Source of the DNA: a virus
Lineage: Duplodnaviria; Caudoviricetes
IMG/VR virus record: IMGVR_UViG_3300020220_000293
Span: 1-25,581 of that record
Length of the DNA: 25,581 nucleotides
Direction: 5' to 3' (one strand)
Below are positions 16,175 through 23,057 of the stretch, piece by piece; position 1 is the first letter of the stretch, and every line of letters begins with the position of its first letter. The notes below the pieces were generated by a model that had not been told where the DNA came from, did not search any database, and saw only the letters and a list, made by a program, of their open reading frames with translations. The position numbers and the translations under genes were made by a program.

Positions 16175-16849
16175 ATGGTGACAACAACAGTTACAAGAAA
16201 GAAAAAACTTAAGAATCCAATTAAATTTCAGGTTACACTTAATGAAGAACAGAAAGTTGCGAAATCAGTTATTCTTGAAAACAAGATAACAGTACTAAAA
16301 GGTAGTGCAGGATCAGGAAAATCGATAGTAGCTGCTCAAGCTGCACTCGATCTACTCTTTACCGGACAGGTTGAAAAGGTAATACTAACTAGACCTGCCG
16401 TAACTGCTGGAGAAGAATTAGGTTTTATGCCCGGAGATAAAGACGCTAAGCTAGCTCCCTATACAGCAGCTATATACGATAATATGTATAGGCTCTATAA
16501 TAAGGAAAAGATAGATAGAGAAATTATTGAAGGTAGAATAGAGGTTATTCCGGTAGCATTTATGAGAGGCAGGAATCTTACAAACTGCTGTGTAGTAGTA
16601 GACGAAGGCCAAAATATTACACACAGGCAGATGGAGCTAATTCTTGGTAGAATATGTGAAGGATCAAGAATGATTATATGTGGTGATACTGCACAGATTG
16701 ATTTAAAAGATAAAAAATTATCAGGTTTTGGATTTATATGTAATAACTTGACCAACGTAATAGGTTTTTCAGTTGTAACTCTGAAAACTAATCATCGCGA
16801 TCCAATCGTTGAAGATATTTTGAAAATTTATTTAGATCATAGAGATTAA
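16175..16849 (+). CDS. phoH: PhoH-like ATPase
   Basis: Walker A GSAGSGKS, ILTRPAV, LGFMPGD, AFMRGRNL, VVDEGQN, GDTAQIDL and HRDPIV. Confidence 0.95.
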   Translation: MVTTTVTRKKKLKNPIKFQVTLNEEQKVAKSVILENKITVLKGSAGSGKSIVAAQAALDLLFTGQVEKVILTRPAVTAGEELGFMPGDKDAKLAPYTAAIYDNMYRLYNKEKIDREIIEGRIEVIPVAFMRGRNLTNCCVVVDEGQNITHRQMELILGRICEGSRMIICGDTAQIDLKDKKLSGFGFICNNLTNVIGFSVVTLKTNHRDPIVEDILKIYLDHRD

Positions 16850-16852
16850 AAA

Positions 16853-18043
16853 ATGGCTAATCCAATAATTTATAACGGCGATCCAGGGCCAATTTCAGGC
16901 AGTACCCCATTTGGATTTTACGATAATGACGCAGATTATCAAACCGATGGACCAAAAGTAGCAAACTACTGTGCATGGAAACTAGGATATCCCGTACTCG
17001 ACGTTGAACTACAGTCCGGATCGATTTACGCTTGTTTTGAAGAAGCCGTTTCAATCTACGCCGAAGAATTATATCAACTTAAGATAAAAGACAATTACCT
17101 AACGCTTGAAGGACAGCCGACTTCCTCTCTATTAAACAGTATTGTAGTCTCGCCTAACTTAACCAACCTGGTTAATATAGCCGAAACTTACGGTCAAGTA
17201 GCAGGAGTAGGTGGATTTATAAGTTGGAGAAGTGGTTCGTTGGAACTTATATCTGGAGAGCAAAACTATAACGTATACGACTGGGCAGTAGCATCACAGA
17301 GTATGAGTCCGGGAGATAGAATAGTAATTCAAAGAATAATGTATCAAGCACCGCCTGCGATTTACGGATACGGGTATGGTGCTTATTATCCTCAATTAGG
17401 TGGATCGGGTGCATGGCCTGGTAGTTGGGGCGGATACGGAGCTATGGGCGGAGGGAACAACGCTGCTACTTATTATCCTGTATTTTGGGATATTCAAAGA
17501 ATTCAAGAATTAGAAATGTCAAATGACGTACGGCTTCCTGAATGGTCGTTTGAGCTTATTGGAACTAACTTAAGAATTACTCCAGTACCTCTAGGCAGTA
17601 ATTATGGCGGATACCGTTCATGTATTTCAATTCAATATGCATTCCAATCAGACCTTATGTCTTTGACAGAAAATAGCCCATACGGCAGTAATAAAGGTCT
17701 AGTAGCAAATGCAGCATTAGCTCCATACGGTCTAATCACATACTCCTATATTAATCAACCGGGCAAACAATGGATCAAAGAATATACAGCTGCACTTACT
17801 TCTGAATTGCTTGGTTTGATACGCGGAAAATACCAAACTGTACTTATTCCAGGGGCAGAAGCTACACTCAATTTTGCTGATTTAATCTCACGTGGTAAAG
17901 AAATGCAAGTAGCTTTACGTGAAAAATTACGGCTTGACTTCGAAGACATGTCAAGACAGAAGCAGCTTGAAAGAAAACAGTCTGAAAACAATTCTCTTAA
18001 CGATACTTTAAATAGTATACCGTTAATGGTATATATCGGATAA
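16853..18043 (+). CDS. neck protein / head-tail adaptor (T4 gp13-like)
   Basis: KLGYPVLDVEL...CFEEA near the N-terminus and WIKEYTAAL...LGLIRGKY...IPG near the C-terminus parallel gp13. Confidence 0.85.
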   Translation: MANPIIYNGDPGPISGSTPFGFYDNDADYQTDGPKVANYCAWKLGYPVLDVELQSGSIYACFEEAVSIYAEELYQLKIKDNYLTLEGQPTSSLLNSIVVSPNLTNLVNIAETYGQVAGVGGFISWRSGSLELISGEQNYNVYDWAVASQSMSPGDRIVIQRIMYQAPPAIYGYGYGAYYPQLGGSGAWPGSWGGYGAMGGGNNAATYYPVFWDIQRIQELEMSNDVRLPEWSFELIGTNLRITPVPLGSNYGGYRSCISIQYAFQSDLMSLTENSPYGSNKGLVANAALAPYGLITYSYINQPGKQWIKEYTAALTSELLGLIRGKYQTVLIPGAEATLNFADLISRGKEMQVALREKLRLDFEDMSRQKQLERKQSENNSLNDTLNSIPLMVYIG

Positions 18044-18045
18044 CT

Positions 18046-18540
18046 ATGGCACTATTCGGTTCAGTAAGAGATGCAACAATGCAACTTGGCGTAGCCGGCG
18101 AGTTTGTAAATAACGTAGTAACCCAGCAAATAGGCTACTATAAGATAGTAATACCCTCATCCCCTCCGAATATCTATGGCGAATCATCCGTTAAGCAATA
18201 TATCGGCCCGGTACTTTTAAACTGTTTAATAGTCAGGGGCGACTTCTCAACAATTACCGATAATAATTTCGGACCTGATAGTAGAAGGGAAGTAGATTTT
18301 AGATTTTTAAAGCCAGATCTAGAATTAGCTAATATAGTGCCTGAGACCGGTGATATTATTATGTATAACGAATTATATTACGAAGTAGATAATACTAACG
18401 AAAATCAGCTTTTCCTTGGAAAAGATCCCAATTATTCTTACTCTGAAGGATTAAACAACTTTGGTACTAGTTTTTCTATCATTCTAACCACCCATATGAC
18501 ATCACCTGAAAGATTAGGTATAACACAACAGAGACTCTAA
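18046..18540 (+). CDS. head closure / neck protein (T4 gp14-like)
   Basis: NIYGE and PETGDIIMYNELYYEV motifs; lies between gp13-like and gp15-like genes. Confidence 0.7.
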   Translation: MALFGSVRDATMQLGVAGEFVNNVVTQQIGYYKIVIPSSPPNIYGESSVKQYIGPVLLNCLIVRGDFSTITDNNFGPDSRREVDFRFLKPDLELANIVPETGDIIMYNELYYEVDNTNENQLFLGKDPNYSYSEGLNNFGTSFSIILTTHMTSPERLGITQQRL

Positions 18541-18541
18541 T

Positions 18542-19402
18542 ATGCCACAAATAGTACGTCCAGAGAATAGAAGGGAGTTTATGAATAAACTTATCATACC
18601 TGCTGATCCGCAGTATGGCAATCCAAATATAGTTTTTTCTGAACCTTTCAAACCAGGACAACCTGAATTTAATAGGGCATATGAAACTGCTTTTGAACCT
18701 ACAGGAGACAAAAAATACTCAATAGGATTAAAAGATATTGATCAATCAATAATGTACCATTTTGCAAACGTTCTTAAGCTTACGGTATTTCAAAACAATT
18801 CTACGGTACTTGTTCCCGTTATATACGGTTCACCTGAAAAATGGAAATCAATACAAAAAGACGGATACTATCGTAATAATGTAGCAAAAATAATGTCCCC
18901 TCTTTTAGTTTTTAAAAGATCTTCAGTTGTACAGAATAGAACGCTCGGAAATAAAATAGACGGTAATGTTGCTAAAAATGTTCAACTATACGAAAAGGCT
19001 TTCTCAAAAAGAAACGTATATGATAACTTCAATGTTTTGCAAAATCAAAAGCCGCAGAAAGAATATACGGTTGTAGTTACGCCTGACTATGTTACTGTAA
19101 ATTATACAGTAATAATGTGGACAAACTATGTTGAACAAATGAATAAGTTGATAGAAGCTGTAAATTTTGCTTCTAATTCATACTGGGGTGACCCCGATTC
19201 ATTTCAGTTTCTTGCAAAAATTGAGACGTTTAATGACGCGCAAGTCTATGATCAAGGTGAAGATAGATTGGTAAGAACTGAATTTGATTTAACTGTCAAC
19301 GGTTACCTTATTCCGGATTCGCTAAATGCCTATTTAGCACAGCTTTCAGGAAAAACTTATAATATATGTAAAATAGTATTTACAACCGAACAGGTGCAGT
19401 AA
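18542..19402 (+). CDS. tail terminator / sheath stabiliser (T4 gp15-like)
   Basis: VPVIYGSPEKW, PDYVTVNYTVIMWT...QMNKLIE and FDLTVNGYL resemble the gp15 family. Confidence 0.75.
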   Translation: MPQIVRPENRREFMNKLIIPADPQYGNPNIVFSEPFKPGQPEFNRAYETAFEPTGDKKYSIGLKDIDQSIMYHFANVLKLTVFQNNSTVLVPVIYGSPEKWKSIQKDGYYRNNVAKIMSPLLVFKRSSVVQNRTLGNKIDGNVAKNVQLYEKAFSKRNVYDNFNVLQNQKPQKEYTVVVTPDYVTVNYTVIMWTNYVEQMNKLIEAVNFASNSYWGDPDSFQFLAKIETFNDAQVYDQGEDRLVRTEFDLTVNGYLIPDSLNAYLAQLSGKTYNICKIVFTTEQVQ

Positions 19403-19431
19403 GGTAGGTTTCTTATTGTTACGGAACGAAC

Positions 19432-19438
19432 TATTTAT
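19432..19438 (+). promoter_or_regulatory. TATTTAT motif (putative late promoter)
   Basis: 16 nt before GTG 19455. Confidence 0.6.
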
Positions 19439-19454
19439 AATCAAATTTCATAGA

Positions 19455-20681
19455 GTGGCAGATACTATATCAACTTCCGGTATATCCCCCGGTCAATTAA
19501 TTAAGTCCGAACAGGTTCTCAGAATTATTTACGCTCTAAATGGAGTAAGCGGTAGTACAATCCTTATTTCAGGTAGTCTTGGAGTAAGTGGATCTGCAAA
19601 CTTTTTAAATACTGTTAATTTCTTTGCAGGATTAACCGGTTCATTATTTGGGACCTCTTCTTATGCTGCTACCGCATCGGTTATACAAGGAGCGGCTACA
19701 GGGTCTTTAATTACAACAGCTTCATTTTCTAATCCTTCTATTACATTTACTAAAGGAGACGGTTCAACTTTTTTAGTAAATTTAACAAGTCTTGTTCCTC
19801 TTACAGCATCACATGCTTTAACTGCTTCTTATTTTAGCGGTTCAATCTCAAATGCTATATCTGCTTCTTATGCTCTTACAGCATCGTATGTTGCTAACGT
19901 ATCATCTTTCCCTTTTACTGGAAGCGCTATTATAAGTGGTAGCTTAAATGTAACAGGAAGTACAAATATAAGCGGCGCTTTATTTGTAAACGGTCTTTCC
20001 CTGAGTGCAGAGAATGGGGGACAATTAGCTATATGGAAATATACATCAAGTTTAAATACAGGAGTAGATCCTGGTAACGGATTTTTTAAACTAAATCAAT
20101 ACTGGTCATCATCTCCTACTGCTGCATCGTTCGACAATTTTGCGTATGATCCAAACGTAAGTTTTTCAGGTTATTTAGATAATCTAACAGTAGGTACAGT
20201 AATAAAACTTGTAAGCCTTGCAGAAGCAGGTACCTTTAAACTACTACAAATTACAAGCGTAGCACCCCCTGAATCTGGTTACGAAAGTTATGGAGTATCA
20301 CAGTTAACTTCAGCAGGTAACGACCCCGCTGAAGGAGATCAATTTGCATTTATACCAGTAGGCGCATCTGGGGAGGGTTTTAATACAATCAACAACGCAG
20401 GACCTGGTAGATTAATTATTTCTGACGGTTCGACTAATGCTGCTACAGCGTCATCTGATTTAATTTACACAGGTAGTACTTTTTTCGTAACCGGGTCAGC
20501 TACTATTGTAGACATATATAGCAATTATTTTTATGTTAGAAATAAACAGACACAACAGCCTGTATTTACAGTAAGCGAAAGTGTTGTACAGTTCGCGACT
20601 CAATCAGCGATTCCTACCGGCACTGCACCTAATGGAGGAATATGGTTTACATCAACTAATCTTTATGTAGGTTTAGATTAA
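19455..20681 (+). CDS. Ser/Gly/Thr-rich virion fibre-like protein
   Basis: Likely GTG start at 19455 (downstream of the motif); repeated SGS/TGS and TASYA/TASHA units. Confidence 0.7.
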   Translation: MADTISTSGISPGQLIKSEQVLRIIYALNGVSGSTILISGSLGVSGSANFLNTVNFFAGLTGSLFGTSSYAATASVIQGAATGSLITTASFSNPSITFTKGDGSTFLVNLTSLVPLTASHALTASYFSGSISNAISASYALTASYVANVSSFPFTGSAIISGSLNVTGSTNISGALFVNGLSLSAENGGQLAIWKYTSSLNTGVDPGNGFFKLNQYWSSSPTAASFDNFAYDPNVSFSGYLDNLTVGTVIKLVSLAEAGTFKLLQITSVAPPESGYESYGVSQLTSAGNDPAEGDQFAFIPVGASGEGFNTINNAGPGRLIISDGSTNAATASSDLIYTGSTFFVTGSATIVDIYSNYFYVRNKQTQQPVFTVSESVVQFATQSAIPTGTAPNGGIWFTSTNLYVGLD

Positions 20682-20688
20682 AATTAAC

Positions 20689-20695
20689 TATTTAT
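20689..20695 (+). promoter_or_regulatory. TATTTAT motif (putative late promoter)
   Basis: 20 nt before ATG 20716. Confidence 0.6.
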
Positions 20696-20715
20696 TAAAA
20701 TAAAAAGACAGAAAA

Positions 20716-21810
20716 ATGGCAAATTGGAAAAAAGTAATAGTATCGGGAAGTGTAGCTCAGTTAAGTAATTTAAGTATTAGTAGTAACTTAGCTGTAACCG
20801 GCTCGGTAAACGCTTTAGGACTTACTAATGCAAATAAGCCGAATATAGTTTCTTATGATACAACTACAGGTTTATTCACTTATCAAGGTACCGGTTCATT
20901 TACCGCAACTACTGCTTCTTATATTTTAAGTAGCGGGGTAGATGGCCCTCTAGGTATGAATAGCATACTTACTGCCTCTCATGCCGTAAGCGCTTCAATT
21001 GCAGGTAGAACAAAAGGTACTTTATCTCAAGTAGCTGGCGGGGGTCTTAATGCTTTTTCTTTCAACGGTAGTACTGACGTAACAGTAGAAGTCAGCGGTG
21101 CTGCTCAACTTTCTCAAAACGCTATTACAAAGTGGAATGACACAGATAATAAGTTTACCAATTCGAGTCTCTTTGATAACGGTACTTTAATAACCGGTAA
21201 TACATCGATAGTACTTACAGGCGCAAATTCAAGCTTAACTGGTTCATTTAGCGGATCATTTAAAGGAGACGGTTCACAACTAACCGGCCTTGTAACTGAA
21301 TTAGACTTCTCTGGTTCAACCGGAAGCGGTAATGTAGATCTTTTAACTCAGGTATTTACAATTACCGGTACAGCTAATGAAATAGAAACATCAGCTGCCT
21401 CCCAAACCCTAACAATCGGGTTACCTAATAACGTTACTATTGGTAACAATTTAGTAGTTAGTAATAATTTAACAGTATTCGGTACTGCTAGCTTCCAACA
21501 AACAACAAATCTTGAGGTTGCAGATAGATTTATTCTTCTTGCTTCTGGATCAAACGCAGCAGGTGATGGGGGTATCGTAGTACAGCAAGGAACACAGAAT
21601 GTAGGCGAATTATTTGCATTCGATAGCGGAACTACAAGATGGGGATTAACTGGTTCATTTACCGCCAATCAAAGTACTTATACACCTGATGCATTTATGG
21701 CAGCAGCGGTTTTAGGTTCAAGCGGAGATCCAACAACAGCACCAGGTAGGTACATTGCAAAAGGTAATATATTTATAGGTAATGACGAAACAATTTGGAT
21801 ATATTCTTAA
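20716..21810 (+). CDS. virion fibre-like protein (NWKKVIVSGS N-terminus)
   Basis: FSGSFKGDGSQLTGL, TGTANEIET and LTVFGTASFQQTTNLEVADRFILL segments of fibre type. Confidence 0.72.
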   Translation: MANWKKVIVSGSVAQLSNLSISSNLAVTGSVNALGLTNANKPNIVSYDTTTGLFTYQGTGSFTATTASYILSSGVDGPLGMNSILTASHAVSASIAGRTKGTLSQVAGGGLNAFSFNGSTDVTVEVSGAAQLSQNAITKWNDTDNKFTNSSLFDNGTLITGNTSIVLTGANSSLTGSFSGSFKGDGSQLTGLVTELDFSGSTGSGNVDLLTQVFTITGTANEIETSAASQTLTIGLPNNVTIGNNLVVSNNLTVFGTASFQQTTNLEVADRFILLASGSNAAGDGGIVVQQGTQNVGELFAFDSGTTRWGLTGSFTANQSTYTPDAFMAAAVLGSSGDPTTAPGRYIAKGNIFIGNDETIWIYS

Positions 21811-21832
21811 TAGAGTTTTCAAAAGAGTAGTT

Positions 21833-22039
21833 ATGGGTTTTAACGCAAATAACGTAGTAGTAAATAATAAACGTGTAGAGGAGCTCCATAAGGCTCCTTT
21901 ACCTGTCTTAAGTCTTAATAAACCTGAGGTTGAGACTTTGTTAAATTTAATAAGAGAATCTCATTTCAAAGGAGAGCAGGTTCAAAAGATATTTGAATTA
22001 GTGCTAAAACTTCAAGACTATTACGTTAAGCTACCCTGA
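21833..22039 (+). CDS. small helical protein, possible fibre chaperone
   Basis: Start at ATG 21833 (MGFNANN...), 68 aa, follows the fibre gene; function inferred from position. Confidence 0.6.
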   Translation: MGFNANNVVVNNKRVEELHKAPLPVLSLNKPEVETLLNLIRESHFKGEQVQKIFELVLKLQDYYVKLP

Positions 22040-22047
22040 TTCTGTGA

Positions 22048-22054
22048 TATTTAT
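22048..22054 (+). promoter_or_regulatory. TATTTAT motif (putative late promoter)
   Basis: 88 nt before ATG 22143. Confidence 0.6.
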
Positions 22055-22059
22055 ATGAA

Positions 22060-22126
22060 GGAAAGTACTGTAGGCCGAAAGGAAGTAGGCATATACACGG
22101 CATAAGTGTATGTATCTAACCACAGT
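22060..22126 (+). ncRNA. candidate structured cis-regulatory RNA (three-way junction)
   Basis: ACTGT(A)GG/CCACAGT closing stem, CC-GAAA-GG tetraloop and a 13-position hairpin at 22086-22118. Confidence 0.45.
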
Positions 22127-22142
22127 GTAAATTTGTATTACT

Positions 22143-22601
22143 ATGCCGAATTGGAAAAAAGTCATCGTAAGTGGCTCAAATGCCTCTTTAAACTCATTAA
22201 CAGTAGCTACAAATGTTGTAGCTGAATCATTCACTGGTTCTTTATTTGGAACTGCTGCTTCAGCTTCTGCCGCTTCAGTATTTAATATTTCATCTTCATT
22301 ATATTCAGCTCAAGGAGCTTTAGCTGGTGTAGGTACAACAACAATTGTCAATATATCCACAGGTTCATTTAGAGCTGGTTTTTTTGATTATGTAGCTTCA
22401 AGCGGAAGTAATGCTCGAGCTGGTACAGTGATGTCTGTCTGGGATGGTAGTAATGTAAACTTTACTGATAATTCAACAACAGACATTGGAAGTACTACAC
22501 TTGTTACAATGAGTGTAGCTTTAAGTGGTGCTAATGCTTTATTAAGAGCAACAATAAATGGAGATACTTGGAATATAAAAACAACTTATAGACTTATTTA
22601 A
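22143..22601 (+). CDS. short virion fibre-like protein (NWKKVIVSGS N-terminus)
   Basis: MPNWKKVIVSGS, FTGSLFGTA and a beta-rich C-terminal domain (FFDYV...NARAGTVMSVW). Confidence 0.72.
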   Translation: MPNWKKVIVSGSNASLNSLTVATNVVAESFTGSLFGTAASASAASVFNISSSLYSAQGALAGVGTTTIVNISTGSFRAGFFDYVASSGSNARAGTVMSVWDGSNVNFTDNSTTDIGSTTLVTMSVALSGANALLRATINGDTWNIKTTYRLI

Positions 22602-22611
22602 ATAAAAATTA

Positions 22612-22959
22612 ATGGCTTTGAATCTTTCAGATATTACCTTTACTTGGCAGTTTAATCCACTTTTTGTTAGCCCTACATCGACTGAACATAATGATGTTGT
22701 TACTAAAGTTTTTTACGAACTTAGAGCAACTATAGGGTCTGTTAGTGGATCAGTAGGTGGATTTCAAGAGATACTTCCGATATCACCTTCTGGAAGCTTT
22801 ATTCCTTTTCAAGACTTAACATCACCTATAATACAGCAGTGGGTTGAATACATGCTAGGAGAAGAGGGTGTAAAAAACCTTAAGACTGACCTTAAAGAAA
22901 AGCTTGAAAATAAATTGAATCCTACTTTTGTTATAAAACAATCTCCTTGGATTCTATAG
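22612..22959 (+). CDS. hypothetical protein, fibre-associated type
   Basis: 115 aa with FIPFQDLT...IQQWV and a terminal PW; lies among fibre genes. Confidence 0.65.
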   Translation: MALNLSDITFTWQFNPLFVSPTSTEHNDVVTKVFYELRATIGSVSGSVGGFQEILPISPSGSFIPFQDLTSPIIQQWVEYMLGEEGVKNLKTDLKEKLENKLNPTFVIKQSPWIL

Positions 22960-22990
22960 TGATTTATTTAGCTATAAACAAGATTTTAAC

Positions 22991-22997
22991 TATTTAT
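22991..22997 (+). promoter_or_regulatory. TATTTAT motif (putative late promoter)
   Basis: 60 nt before ATG 23058. Confidence 0.6.
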
Positions 22998-23026
22998 ATA
23001 ATATATTAGCATATATAAAACCCCTA

Positions 23027-23048
23027 CCTTAGGGAAAGTGAACTAAGG
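23027..23048 (+). promoter_or_regulatory. 5' UTR hairpin with GGAAAGTGAA loop
   Basis: CCTTAG-GGAAAGTGAA-CTAAGG; the 3' arm overlaps AAGGGAG just upstream of the ATG. Confidence 0.45.
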
Positions 23049-23057
23049 GAGATAAAC

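Noticed and set aside
21770-21776. Intragenic TATTTAT copies (21770 and about 5432)
   Set aside because: They lie inside coding sequence in AT-rich DNA. The 21770 copy could serve ORF 21833 but cannot be distinguished from chance.
22060-22126. tRNA, hammerhead ribozyme or c-di-GMP riboswitch identity for the structured leader
   Set aside because: No cloverleaf or T-loop, no CUGANGA core, and no convincing match to the riboswitch consensus by eye.
343-22234. Minus-strand ORFs such as 10348-10896, 12673-13044, 8563-8868 and 21348-21668
   Set aside because: They lie antisense to well-supported genes and show no recognisable motifs or expression signals.
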